Shown here piece by piece: positions 24,231 to 38,200 of a stretch of DNA of 64,000 bases. The translations under genes and the position numbers were made by a program. Under the pieces are notes generated by a model. That model had not been told where the DNA came from, did no database searches, and saw nothing but the letters and a program-made list of their open reading frames with translations. Numbering within the stretch: position 1 is the stretch's first letter; every line of letters starts with the position of its first letter. This stretch comes from Corallochytrium limacisporum Hawaii (Eukaryota > Protista > Pluriformea). The DNA is taken from contig PDIP01000077.1 of assembly GCA_002811645.1 (NCBI GenBank), positions 159,976 through 223,975 on the forward strand. Direction: 5' to 3'.

Positions 24231-24930
24231 GAATACTGAATGTAGGACAAACCAGAATTGCCCGGTTCTTAATGAAGTTGCACTCTTCATTTGGATTCAT
24301 AATAAATCAAAAACTACAGAATATATATAGATTTTATAGATTGTAATGATCATTATGCGACCGTACTGGCCGGAGTAAGTGAACGACGCACCGCTCCGCG
24401 CGCGCCATTCGTGAACTTTCCGGCCGTTGTGGCCCCCACAAGTAGTAGGATTTACAGGCCCCTCATCACTGGAAAATACAGGGGAGAATCCCGTAGAACT
24501 GCCAAAGACAAGCGGAAAACAACTACGGAAAATGAGGTTTTTGATTCTTCATTGGCGCACAAAAACATAGGGGGAAGAATACGTACGCTGTTGTAGGAGA
24601 AGAGGGAGCGAGGAGAGGAACGGAAGAGAAGAAACAGGGGGGGGCCCTGCTGGTGTAATGACCAGGAGAGAGGAAGGAGCGGGGGAGGGGGGTTTCCACC
24701 CCACCATCATATGTCTCTTTGTATGGCGTGTAGAAAAGGAGGGGGCAGGAAAAAGAATGAGGTTGCGCTGCGATTGGGGGCAGCGGTTGACATTCTCTCT
24801 TCTCCACCTCACACCCCCGCTTCCTCTCCAGTGGGCAGCGGGGGAAGAGGGGGGGTGGGGGGAGATTGGAAAACGCAGTAATAGAAGAGATGGCGCGGCA
24901 TTCGTCCCTTCGCGAAAAGCAAACGAGTCC

Positions 24931-24992
24931 GTATGTCTGGTTGGCGGTACTCCCACCCAGTATGTAGGCTCAGGAGACCCTCTAACTATCAG
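24931..24992 (+). other. Candidate intron in an unannotated plus-strand transcript
   Basis: GTATGT at 24931, TCTAAC at 24981-24986, TATCAG ending at 24992; 62 nt. Confidence 0.45.
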
Positions 24993-25268
24993 AGTACTTC
25001 CTCGAGAAGCGTTCTTCATGGCACTATGTAATAGAAGATCAGGAACAAACGAAGGTATGGACTATGGATTGAATGCTTGTTACACTATGTCAATTTATGG
25101 GGAGCAAACCACAAGGCAATTGGGGGCTCCATGCTATGTCGAATGATGATGATGTTTCATGTTGCACGCCCTTCGGACTAACGGCACAAGATTTGTACCT
25201 TGAGGACTTCTACGTCGGCTCAATCGTGCAGGTTTGTCGGTTTTTTTATAAGAATACATGCCGCGCAC

Positions 25269-25961
25269 TTACTGAGCGGCCTCAATCTTTTGGGCAGGAG
25301 GCATGGGAGCATGGTGGTGATGGCCAGAATGGGCAGCAGGAGGCGGAGGAGGGTGGGCATAGTGGTGCTGTGCTGATCCGTAGCGATGCTCGTAGTAGTG
25401 CAGCTGTTCACGCAGGTGGCGATTCTCCGCTTCCAGGGCCTGAACACGGCGCTCCACGTCCTGAAGGTATTGTTTCTTCTTTTCACGGCAGGCCTTTGCG
25501 GCCATTCGGTTGCGTTCAAGACGCTTCAGGCGGCGGGGTTCAATGCTCTCTTCGCCGTTAGAAGAACTGATACTGCGACGGGTTGGTGCAACGGTGTTGC
25601 CCTTGCCAGGCTTAGAATCGGGCGGGCTGGGCACAGATTCCTCTGGGCGGAGGGCTGCGGGGGATGCGCTGCTGGCAGTGCTCGATGCCGGGGGAGCACT
25701 ATCTCCGCTAGAGTGCCCAGTGTAATGTTCAGGGCGGTATGGAGGAGGAGGATAGTAGCTGTGGTGGTGGCCAGGAGGTGGCGGAGGAGCATGAGGAGCG
25801 CCAGGGGGAGGAGGACCATAGGCATGTTGTGGCCGGTAGTCGTAGTGCGGTTGCTGCTGCTGCTGCTGTTGCTGTTGCTGCTGCTGTGGGTACTGTCCAG
25901 AGCTCATGCCAGCCAATAGAGCGGCGGCCTGTTGCTCACTGTGTCCATAAGCGTCTGTCAT
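25269..25961 (-). CDS. bZIP transcription factor, CREB/ATF-like
   Basis: Basic region RRLKRLERNRMAAKACREKKKQY (N-x7-R) followed by V/V/L/L heptads; polyQ and Pro/His-rich N-terminal region. Confidence 0.9.
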   Translation of the reverse strand: MTDAYGHSEQQAAALLAGMSSGQYPQQQQQQQQQQQQPHYDYRPQHAYGPPPPGAPHAPPPPPGHHHSYYPPPPYRPEHYTGHSSGDSAPPASSTASSASPAALRPEESVPSPPDSKPGKGNTVAPTRRSISSSNGEESIEPRRLKRLERNRMAAKACREKKKQYLQDVERRVQALEAENRHLREQLHYYEHRYGSAQHHYAHPPPPPAAHSGHHHHAPMPPAQKIEAAQ

Positions 25962-26630
25962 GTTGACTATGTTTGTGGTGTTTCCTATTGGATTTGTGAG
26001 TATATGAAAGTTTTTCTCCTGTTGCAGAAAAGAAACTTCTTATACCTTTGAAGACAATGTCCCGCTAATGTAAAAGGAAGGTTTGTTTACGATCTACGTC
26101 ATAAAAAGGTTTCTGCTTGTTTGGGTTCGATTACCCATATACCTTTCCGTCATCTCCGACAAGGACGCGTCAAAAAAAAGGAACTCAGCGGGTTGTCGCC
26201 CCCCAACAATTCGTTCAATGTCTCTATGTGATAAAGGCCACTTCCTACGTCTCTCACACACAAGGTGCGAGAAACTTTTTTGGTTCTGGTCCGCGTATAC
26301 GTGTGCTCTCTGTGTGTCGTGTCCTCCCTCCAATCTGCAATCATACTCCGCGTTTCACCTTTTATGTGTTCGTGTACACATCTAAGGAGTGGTTTTACTT
26401 TGTTTTCTGAGTTTCATTTTTTAACGCAAGGAAAAATTTGCTGGGTTTGGCCCCACCACGAAAATTTTCGTTCCTTTCCCCCCTCCCCCCTCCTTGTCCC
26501 CTGGCTCCCCTTTTCCCATTTCCCCCCCCCTCCCCAACCTGAAGGAATAAAATAAATTACCCACTAGAAGGAGAACAAATCAAAGAGGCAACAAGATACT
26601 AAAAAATGAACAGCAACTGCGGTCTTGTCG

Positions 26631-26661
26631 CTTCCCCCCCTCCCCGGGGGAGGGGGGGAAG
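26631..26661. repeat. Perfect 15-bp inverted repeat with 1-nt spacer
   Basis: CTTCCCCCCCTCCCC-G-GGGGAGGGGGGGAAG. Confidence 0.9.
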
Positions 26662-29600
26662 GGATACGGCCACCTGGTTTCCCCCATGTTGATGGTCCTG
26701 GACGGATCTGGGACGGCAAACCAATACAGCACTCTCTCGGCACAAGCAAAGTGGGAGCATCAAGCATGTGTAGGCCCGCATCATTGAGTGTTTCGTATCG
26801 TCAGAGCAGTAGAAGCGACTCGAGCAAAAGATACCCGAGGGGAAGGGGGAAAGACAACACGAAGGGGAAAGGGCAGGTTTTAGTAGGGTAGCTTCCGTAA
26901 CGAAAGCGTCGACGCTTTACTAGGACACCAGCTGAGCTAATAGGGGTCCCCAAGAGGGCACGGAGAGAATAGTGCCGTCAGAGTCTGCCGAGAACATACA
27001 AATGTGGAGAGGGAAAGGATAAACACCCGACCCGGACAGGGACCTGGGGGAGAAAATTGACAGCAGGGTCAGAGGGAAATTGGGTACAATTCATTGGGCG
27101 GGGTGTGAAATGCTGCTGCTGCGTTACTCCCAACCCTTTCCCATTCTTTCTTTGGTCACTCAGTGAACTGCCACTCTTCTGTTTATTCTTTGGTCGCTCT
27201 GATCCGCGGTTTGCTTGCCGGCACACCCTTTTTCTATCAAAAAGGCCCACCGAGAGAGACAGAGAGACACAATATAGAGAGAGTGAGAGATAGAGAGAGA
27301 GAGGGAGACTGTGTGGCAAGCACACGGTCGGAGACCACCATCGATCAGGAAATACTGGTCCACCTGTGAAACGGCGGAGAGAAAGCAACACACCAAAAGA
27401 GAAATATGCAATTGTCATCATTCCTCTTTGCGTCACTATCGAGGGGCAATAGTTGGCCAATGCTCAAATTGGAGTGCGGCGCATCGGCTTGCTTCCGTGA
27501 TTTGCTTCTGTCGCTTTTCCCCCGACCACCCCTTGGCTGGGTCTCGGCTCCACCCATTTTTTGCGACCCCCCCCCCCGGGGCCCTCCCCAACTCTCCCGC
27601 TGCATAGCGAGGACGGGTGGACATGTTTTCTAACTTTGGGTTCCAGTTATATACTCGAAGTTTTTTTCACTTCTTCGGCTCTTCTCCTCGTTCAACATCG
27701 TAATCAGAATTAAAATTAAAGTGAGAGCTAAGACCTGCTAAAAAGAGGTAAAACTCCGAGTGCGTATTACGTATCCACATCCATCGGCGTACTAAACCCC
27801 CACCATCCATCGTAAAAACAAATAGCAACAACGTCTCCATGTCTTTTTTTTCGTGTCCTTCCCCGAAAACCTGAGCCAAATTCTGAGGCTGAAGTGTATA
27901 CACCTTGGTTCGTGGGTCGAAAAATCAATAGCAACCATCCAAGAGGAGACAGTGAAGTAATTTCCAGATAACCATACCACCGGTACCACCGTTGTCTAGT
28001 GGGCACTGGCTCGTGGTGTATTGACCATCTCCTTCAGACTTACGGATCTGCTTGCAGCGTAACAAGAGCGGCAAAAAAAGTGGGAGAAATTCCTATCATT
28101 CCATAGCTTGAAACTCAGAGCATTTGGTATGGTAAACTGGCCGGGAGGAACCATCATGGCTTACTGGACTGCTATGATCAATCGGATAAAAAATTGCATG
28201 GAAGAATCCTTGACAAAATCGGGACCGGCTGAGCGACCTCGATGCGGTTGCCAATATGCAAGCGTACCCTACTGGCGCGGCGCGTGCAAAGAGTTTTTTT
28301 TCCTCGTTTTGCGTTTTATGGCGCAGTCTGATCAAGGAAAAAAAAATAGCAAATGCGAAACAGAGAACAAGGCAAGGGAGTCCAAAGTGAGCGAAATATT
28401 GAGATGACACCATGGTGCAGGCCCGTACGTACTTTGCGATGTCCATTTCCCTATGACTATCTCTGGATCCGCACTGCTTCCTCAGCGTATCAGGCGCGGT
28501 AATACATATCTCCGCGCTCGCGTAGACTAATTGCTATTGCGCAAAGGCTCACCGCACAACCCCAAGACCTTAGCTGGGTGGAAAAAGAGCCAACCATCAT
28601 TCACTTCGGTCTCCACTCGATCGTGGTGGGTCCATTCCTCTACTTCTCGTGCAGCACTATCGACAAACACCCACGCATTTAACACCACTGAGACATCTGC
28701 TTACCGCGATCGAGAAAGGGAGTGAAATGTATCGAGAATGCGGTACTGGTTGTCCATTTTCCTATTTCCCGGATGGTGGTGGCTCAATTTGCGGGGTTGC
28801 AATCTCTATATTCCTCCTTTGGAACTCTGCGATGCTTTAATCGCGTGCCTGCCTCTTGTGCCCCTATCACTTCTTCTTTCATCCCTTCTTCATTCTTCTT
28901 CATTTTTGTTAGTCCTTGTACTTACTATTTCTTGTTTCTAAGCTGCGAGCGGAGGTTATACTTGGGCAAGGAGAGGTATAAGGCAATTTGTTATGGACCC
29001 AGTAATACTGTGGGCACCAGTACACAAGTCCCCAAGTTTTTTTTCGGCATCCAACGGTGTTGCTGTAGCAAGGAAAAGGTGACATTCTTGCAGCTGCTGT
29101 GGTGCGTATCTACACTTCAGCCATGTGCCCTCAGACTAATTTGGGTAACCCAGTTGGTCATAGAAAAAGTATGGCTCTGGGAACATTACCGTCGGTAATC
29201 TTCTCCAGGTGTATGTGCTGCCTGTCCTATGCACGAGCTTCTTCAGGCTATACGTACCGAGAACGGACGGTGTCGACACCGCAAAGCAGCCGACCCGAAA
29301 GATTGATATCGGTTAGTATTATTTGACAGACTGAAGAAAGGGAGCACAAGATCCCCATATATATTGACCATACGTAGGTTCGAGAAGAAAAGACCTGACG
29401 ATAGTCAAGTCAGACACTCTGAAATCCACAGTGGAACAGGACAGATGTTGAGCGAGAATACAGGTCACGATAGCCCAATTTGAAAGAGCCGTTTTGAGAG
29501 CTTGAAAGTGTGCGATAACCCCACCCTGCCCACTGCGAAATGAATGAAAGAGGAGGGAACCGTCATATCAATTTACTGTCTATCGCGTTTTGATATAAAA

Positions 29601-30889
29601 CCTGCTGTCCACCGCGCCCTTGGTATTGCATCGGGCATTGAACACTGGTGTAGGCTCCTTTCTCTGTCCATATCCGTATTCTGCAAGCCTTGAAATTAAT
29701 TCGATACTTATGACTTAAGTATTCACTCTATAGTCGAACAGTATCAACTAACTATGAACGAAACGATCCTAAAACAGATCCGGCACCGGAGCAGGGCTGC
29801 TGCCACTACCACCAAAGGAATTCTCTTGCGTCAGGCTTAATACAAGGCAAAACAATAGAAAAAGTGTGGCAGCATCTCATGCTTGTTACAGCGTTTTCCC
29901 GTGAGGACTGATGGCCCGCCTGAGAGCGAGTATGATCCTAGATTAGTAGAAAAACATGAAATCTTAACGTCGTCAGTATGGATTTAGGTAGCATAGAGAC
30001 CCCTCTGTCAATCTTCGTTCCACCGGCGCAACCAAGTACCATTTTTGCCGCAAGGGTGCTTGCCAATGGGAGGGGGCACGGCTCACTAATGTAAATACAA
30101 AAATATACACCCACAGTGAACTAGCGCATCCACCAAACACACTCCATCATCACCATCTTCTCAGATGACTCGTTTTGTATAATACCAAGTCCCCATCATG
30201 ATGGATACCATCTATAGATAAACTATATAAGTATATATTGGGAGCGGGTGCAAAATCTGTCTGTTGCGGTGTTATGGTGCGTGGATTGCCGCTGCACGGA
30301 TGCAATAAGGATCTCCGAGCTTTTGCACCAACACGACATACGAATTCAGCAATGACCTACTGACCGCGCAACAACTACCAACTTTTCCATTGCCATCTCT
30401 GATGTTTCTGTACGTTCCAGCCGGCTACTTGGGGCCAAGGAACGCAGCAGCATAGCGCTGTAGACCTAAGGCGAATGTTTGAAGCTCTCATCAGTGCCAT
30501 ACTGACGCTATGGTGTAGTCGTCATCATCAATCATCAAACGCCCCTCCCCCCTCCTCTTCAATTCCGTCAACGAGAGGGCCTGTCATATACGTTTGCTAC
30601 GTATGTGGACGGAGTACCTAATCCAAGAGGGCACCTTCGTTTTGGTCGACCATCAACAGCACCCGACACAAAAAAAAACCCACTATACTTATCTATTCAT
30701 TCCTAGTACCTTACACCACAGAGAGCGTCCGCCCATTGAGAAACCGGTTCACCTAGCCCTTGCGTTCAAACATAAGAAATTTATAGAGGGAGACGTCCTA
30801 GGTGTGGACAGCGGTGCTATGAAATCAATATGTTAGAGGGCGCCAAGTAGAGAACATGGGAACGCGTACTCTGATAGGCCGCCCCGTGT

Positions 30890-32290
30890 GGGTGTTCCTT
30901 ATCCCATGGGAGACGTATGCAGGAATCTCCATCAAGCGCATACCAAAAAACAACAAAACTATTATCAGACAAAAGTAGTAGCAGTTAAGCACGCACAGCC
31001 CTCTCTTTCTTACTATGACAGCGTACCCCATCATTCCACATCGTCAACAACACCAACAAAACCCTCCGCAGCATGCAACATTCTGCTATCACCTATCGCA
31101 CCTGACCAGGACATCAACGCAAGCAAGTACCATATCGACAAACAACCACAACCCAACGAATATAAACTGTGTTCGAAATCGTCATCGTCCACCATCATCA
31201 CCCTAACCATCAACGGCAACCAAGTAGAGCCGTGTCGGAAATGGCTGGCGTCAAAGGGATGTGTAGGGGATGCAACAAACCTACACTCCCACCCACTGAG
31301 CCGGAGCCAATTTGAATGCAAATTTTAATCACCAGAGCCTGCGTGTCAAAACAATTGTATGCCAGACGTAGCAGATTGACAACATTTTTTGTTCCACATA
31401 CCTTCGCCGCCACCCCCAACCCCCATGTGAGAATTTCTTGGGATTCGTGTCCTTCATATCTCTGCCAACGGCTATCTCACCGCTTCTTTTTTCCCGTTGA
31501 CTTTCTTTGTCCTTCCGCACCCCATCCAAATACAATCATCATCATAGGCTTTCATCGTGCGCCGTCATCATCGTTGATCGTCAGCAGGCAACCAAAGCTC
31601 TAATCTCTGCGTGCCACTAGGCGGCGGCATCGATCATAGGTACTTTTTCAATGAGGGTGCCACCAGACATTGAAATCATCTGTGTGGTTGGTTTGCCTTT
31701 CTCGCTTTTCTGTCCGAGTGAGCTCCACCGTCACCACCACAGTCACATTCACATAATCAAATGTGGACATCAACCTGCATGCAAGGGAAAAGCGACGTAA
31801 GGCCAATGCTCGTCAGTTTGGAAAGGTGTGGCAATAGGTTGGGGAGGCTTGCTGCTTTGGGATCTTGCGATCCGTCGGGGTCAGAGACAGGCGGCCGAGC
31901 CATCCAGGTCAGAGAGGGATTGGGGACATGCGAGAGAGAAGTGGAGCCGATGACAAAGAATCAGTGAGGGCGAGGATGGCGCATATCAACGGCGCTAGTG
32001 TTCCTCAACGGATGCTAATACTGATGGGCGGTAAGAAATCCCGTAGACGCCCGATATTTACGACCCCGAAGGATGAAGCAGCAGTAGCGGGTCATATGGA
32101 GACGGATACAGCACAGCAGAGGAATGGAGCAGAGAGCGTAGGAACGAATGAGCGGCGAGCGCGCGTCAGGCAACGACACCAACAACAACGCATCACAGAC
32201 GCACCACACGATTGCCACATCCCCTTCCTCCACCATGGCAAACAGTTGGCGGAACCCTCACCAAAGGGCCGCGGGTGCTGCTACTAGTGA
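30890..32290 (+). mobile_element. Possible highly decayed non-LTR retrotransposon fragments
   Basis: A/C-rich strand; peptides INASK...ITLTINGNQVEPCRKWL and RITDAPHDCHIPFLHH resemble LINE RT C-terminal motifs; no YADD seen. Confidence 0.2.
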
Positions 32291-35200
32291 AACATAGGTG
32301 TGACGGTCCTCTACAGTAGGGATCTTTGAGACATAGGCACATGCCGCAACGCACGACAGAATCCTACCGCCTTAGAGAAGTATTGGCAGCAGAGTGAGAC
32401 ACCTACACACAATGAGCGGCACCACATACATAGCAAGCAAATGACAGCTTGGGAAGACTACAAAACACGACTGGACAAAAGAAGTCAGGGAAGGGGTCTT
32501 AGATAACGGAAGGAAGAGCAGGGAGGGGAGGGGATCGGTTTGCGGAGATATCATACTTAGACAGATAGTGTGAAGGACATGACCGTTGCATATGAACGAG
32601 CGCCACTCCCAGTCCTCCACTTGACGTTCTGTGCATCTTTGGCAAAGATGGTTTCGGTGGTCCGAGCACTGGTGACGACTAAGCCCACAGAGGAAACGAA
32701 TGAAACCAAAAGGAAACACAGAGAACAGACAGAGAGAGCCAGCACGCGAGGCGCGCGCCCCTTGTGCCGCTGCGTAGGCGGGATGGCTACAGTATGCCTT
32801 ACTGCCCGATAGTTTCATCCATTTTTCAGTCGACGCTCTCTGGAGACAAATGGAATGTCCGGAGCTCCAGTTCTCGTAGGTCACCGATAGGATCTCCTCC
32901 GTCCTCTCCCATCTCCACTTTAGTGTTGCGGCACAAGACCATGGAAGCCTATCCAATTTTGATCTTGGCGTGTGTCGTCACATCTGTGGACGACCCCTTT
33001 TGCTTTGCCACCGCACACGAATGGAGACACTTTCTTACTTGCTAAGGGTTCTTTTCTTGGTATTATTGTGAACAATTAACAAGAGTGTGTTGTGCTGTTG
33101 TTGGGTTTGGTGTGCGGGTGCATGTCTCATTCGTTTCTGTTCGACGTCTATCCTTGCGATGAACCGACAGAGGAACTCAGTAGCAAGCGGCCAATTACTA
33201 CTCTTATCGTTGGTCGTGCTAAACGACGAGGACAACGAAACGAATATGTGCACAAGGCGGGAGCGACCGACCCCTGCGACCGACCACATGGCACAACCTC
33301 TTCTTCGCCCTCTTCGGTGTCGTTGCCGTCCACAAGAATACCCCCTCCGGACCCCCCTTCTGGCTTTCCGCACTTAATTTCCACCATACAAACACATCAC
33401 GCGACGCGCCCGCCATATTCGCACCACCCATTCAATTCCCCCCGTGACACACACACCCGTCTTGGAATTAATTGTTGGACCATGTTTACACTTATTTGCC
33501 ATCACTTTGATATCTGTGGATGGTAGTGGACGGTCCTGATTGATAGAAGGTGACTATGAAAAAATAGATTACTCTCCGTTCGTGTCTCCCGCGATTGGGG
33601 TGCCGACGTGGCCTGTGTGATTGTGTATATAAGTCGGATAAGAGTGATAGTATAGTGAACAATAACCATTGTATGTGCATAGCGAAGGTGAATTGGAGGT
33701 GGGCAATCTGGGTCAGGGATCTATCCCTCTTTAGGGTGTAAACCCACTGTGGCTCTATCTCCAAGTCTCACACACGCCATAACCAAAAAAAGGCCTGCAG
33801 CCACATCTTTATTGACTGGTGAAACTCTGTTCTTTGTCTCTCTCTCGGCTTCCCCATCCACGTAACTTTGCCTTTTTCACCTCTCACCTTGCTCCTTTCG
33901 GTTTCTGCATTGTAGCAGTACAGAAGCTCGATGACTTTCTTTAGTCCGTCTCGAGTGGTGCAGTTCTCTTGTCGTCAAAATTCACCGGTTTCTTGAGACA
34001 AATTTAGGTTCCCTTGTCCGACCCCACCCCGCCTTTTTTGGCTCTTGCTCTCCTGCTGTGGTTGATGAGTGCGTGAAGTCTTAACCATTTTCGGCTTGCT
34101 TCCGCCTTCCCTCCTTTTAATGATTTTCATAGCTATGCTTCGAGTGGTGAGCAATTATCTGGGGCGGGCAGAAGGGGAGGGAGGGGGGGGAGGGGAGGGC
34201 AGAGGGTTTGGTTTGCTTCCCAATGGGCCCCCCACCAGCTCCTTTGTCTTGGACACCGAAACAGACGAAGTTACTGATTGGTGGTAGGTTTGATGTGTCG
34301 CCTTCTTTAATCGGTTGCTGTGAAATTGTGGTCAACAGCGACATCTGCGCGTATTTGCTCCAGCCCACCACCGTCCAGGGGCGTACGTATGCTGTTGACT
34401 TGCTAGCCCGAATATTCACGACGTACCTAGGACTAACCCTATTCCGTTTTACGTGTTGTTGCCGGCCACATGGAAGAACGCAGCCGCAGTAATCGCCACT
34501 AAGTTGCAATAATTGTGTATTACTTTAGTATTTGGTGGATACATATTATCAAAACGATGAACGATGGAACCCCCCTGGATGGGGTCCGAGTACTCTCCTG
34601 GGTCGGTCTGTTCCATTTGGTGAATAAGCTTCAAAACAATGGGGTGTCCTGGTGCGCTGTCAAATTCCTTTTGTTGCGCGGCTCATGGCCCCGCACACAG
34701 TCGGTAAAAACATCATGATCATACTTCTTTGCCCCTTTTGTATCCTTGGGCCTTCACAATTGTGAAACTAAGGGACGTACGTTGGGCCATGAACGCTAAT
34801 TTAAATTCTAATACTCCAAGAAAGATATTCTGACTCTCTTATTGCTAAACAAATATGCCATAGAAAGTAAACGACCTTTATCCAGCCGACATATTCCTCT
34901 CGTCTGGGCTGCTGCTTCATACATTGTGAATGAATACTATCTAGGAGGCCATGTGTCTTTGTTGCAAGGGCTTTCTAGTTGAAATAAATACGTCACCCTA
35001 CTTAAGTGCTGAGTTGTTCATTTTTCTCCGCTCACAACAAATAGGCGTTGTATAAAGAGATCTATCCCCAGCACCCTAGGAGATCATTTGCACAGTGTCC
35101 CACACTGTGTCAACTTTGACTTGTTTTGGTCGTATAGGAAGGTGATGCAACAAATGATGATGTTGTGACGATGTCGCCATAGAGTTTCTCGCCAGCCATC

Positions 35201-38200
35201 CAGTCCCCCCTGCAAACAGGTAAACAAGTTGCACACAAGCAAAACACAGGTTTTTTTTTCCTGCACTGCCGCATTCTGATCTCACTTCCGTGTGTGGCAC
35301 CAATTGCAGGATGTCACTCATCGAAGACCCTTTCTTTGCAGTCTGAGGCAATGACCAAACCGATGACGAAACAGATAACATTCGGTGACCCTTGGTGGTT
35401 CTGCGCCTTGAATGCGGCAAAGCGGTCAGCCGGCAGCAGACATATTCCTCACCATTTTTCCGCCACAGAAACAGCTTGCAGGAGGGGTGGGGGGAGAGAC
35501 GTAGACTGCCGATGTGTACCGCTGTACACAATAAAACTACGACTATGAAATGAATGATTGTTGCATCATGGAATTCTGGAACTGATGATGCAATGGAAGA
35601 CGAGGAATGAGCGATTTTTATAGATAGTACACACGCACCCCAGGCCATAATCAATCTGTACTAGATGTCTAGTCATCAGCGTCTTAAGTTGTCGGGAACG
35701 CGTTAACGGCCTTTGGATATTTCTGGCAAGCAGCGCTTTGGAAATAGCAAACCGGGCAAAATACACTGGAAGCAAACCACGTCCGAGATTCGATATAGGG
35801 CTACTATTTCGAGGACGCGCAAAGAAAGTGTTTGTTTTGGACATTAGAGGAAACCTTGGACATAACGGAGGCAGAGTCTGACTGGGAAGGACCAATATGA
35901 AGAGAAAAAGTAAATAACGGTCAGTGAACGTCATTAAGATCCTATTCAAAACTAGCCTTGCTTTCTTCAGAACTGAGAACCGTTCTGACCAGAGCCCTGC
36001 TCAGGCAATAGTGAATGGTTTTCATTAATTTCTTTGGTGAATGGCAGCAAACCGGACTTGGAATTTGACATGACTCAGACGCGGGTTCGTAGGCGATCAC
36101 ATGAATGTACTACAACCAACGTTACAACAAAGTGAACATCATATCTGCAGACAGCGGCTGTAGAGAATTTAGCAGTCTCACAAACTTTTGTTAGAATGTG
36201 AAAAAATGCTGCTATCAGCACAGTAGATGGTGAGCGGACACACCCTTTAGAGTGGGAGCCGTGGACAGGTGCTGCAGTGCAAGTCGTAAGATAAGGCTAC
36301 CAGCACCACCACCTGTCGGCTGCCTGTGGAACATCCGCGTTGTACTGTTCTAGGACGTCATTTGGTTCTGATGCGGCACTTCGTGAATACGAGCGCAGTT
36401 TGGCAGCGCGTTCTGCAGAGAGAGGCAACCGCATACGAAGACAGTTGAAGCACAAAGACGAAAGAGAGGTTTACTGTCCGGTGTTGAGGTCTTTTTTGTG
36501 ATACCAAGCGATGAAACGAAGATCGGATGCTTGGGGAAAGGAAGGGATGTCCGACACGGTGACGAACAAAATGAAGATGATGACGAAACCGCACGCACTG
36601 TTACCGCATACGACGACAACGCTTAAAGAAATCCTAACCGGGCACCTAGCATTGGTATTTTTTTGAGACATTGTTCCTTCATCGCCTTGAGCGAGACACT
36701 TCCGGTTGGTTTGTGAAGGAGAACCAGGATACAAACTTATATTGAACCCACCGGCCCCATGGCAGCTAACAAAATACCCACTTCCGAAGGAGCGGAAGTG
36801 TCCGTCTCAGCTATCTTCCCTAACTTTACTGATGAGGATTATCGCCTCACGCACGCACGCAGAGGAACTATACCTACCGGACGTGCGCGAGCATCCAAAA
36901 CACATGGTAAAGAAGGTTCTCGTCTGTATCGTATACTGGCCGTTCTGGTAGTGTCGGATTTGGAGGATGGGGAACCTGGAAGCGGTGAAGGGTTCCGCTG
37001 GTGTCTGTGACGATAAAGCTGACGCAATCGATGCACCAAAGAAGGCTGCTAGTATCCAACGAACACACCTCTCACCTCGTCAAAATGACGGCAATTGTTA
37101 GAGACGCAGGTGCGAGTGTATATTCTCGCTGTAGATTCCATTTACTTCCTAACCAATCACTCACCGCAACCAGATCGGCAGCAACGGTTATTTTACGGTC
37201 CTCATACAACCACCCCCGTGGACGGCACCCGCGCTCAATTCCCAGCATACTACTGATTGAGCCCATTTTCCAGGTGGGAAACCTGCACTTGGGCCCACCG
37301 GACTTGTTGCATGTGTCGTGTCCGATAGATGCCTGTGGTGTCCTTTGCACGCTTGGCGCAGTTGGGTATGGTCAGAACGGCCGTGTGATAGGTAGAGAAA
37401 AGTGAACCCACCGGGAACCAAGCAGCCCGTGGACCATCTCTGACCATACGCTTCCGGAACAAACTGAAATCGGTCGGATCTAAACAGCTGTCAAAGGTGT
37501 AAGCTCCCTTCGGAATGAGAGGCCGTAATAAATGTATGTATACAGATAGCAAGCGTTCACGTACTGCCGTACCATGTAATTCACTAATTAGCAGCAGTCA
37601 CCGCTAGCAGGTTTTCTTTTTTAGTGGCTTTTCTTGTCTGATGCTCGCGGCTGCAAAGAAGAAGACCAATGGAACATCCAACTTCAACATGCATGCATGC
37701 TACCTTCCCGAAGTTCAGAGCGCGAGGAAAGATTGTTGTCATCAAACATCCCAAGTACCTGCCCCCGCACAAAGAGCCAGAACCGGGTCTTCTGACGCGA
37801 CACTTGTGGACGTCTGCCCTTGAGAGACATACCCCGAGATTCCGCTCTCGCTCCGGCCTTCGAATTCGTTGTTTTTTGGGCGAATGCTTGGAGATGCTCC
37901 TGTATTTTTTCCACCGCTGCTGCGCTACCGTTTCTCAGTCTCGATAAGTGGCCTTAACCCCTTCCAAGAAAAGCAGTGAGCTTGCTCGACCGTTCTATCT
38001 ATGGCTATTGCATTCTGCATTATTTCTATATAGGGTGGCCTGCCCCGCGCGGAAAACGGAGGAGGGATCAGACAATGGGTTGTTCAGCGTCTGCAGGGTC
38101 CATTGCTCAACAGCTAACTAAAAGTCTAAGGTTTCCGTGTGACGTTGACGTACTTCGCTACTACCAGGAAGGCATGGACATCCAAGAATCAATGGCGGTC

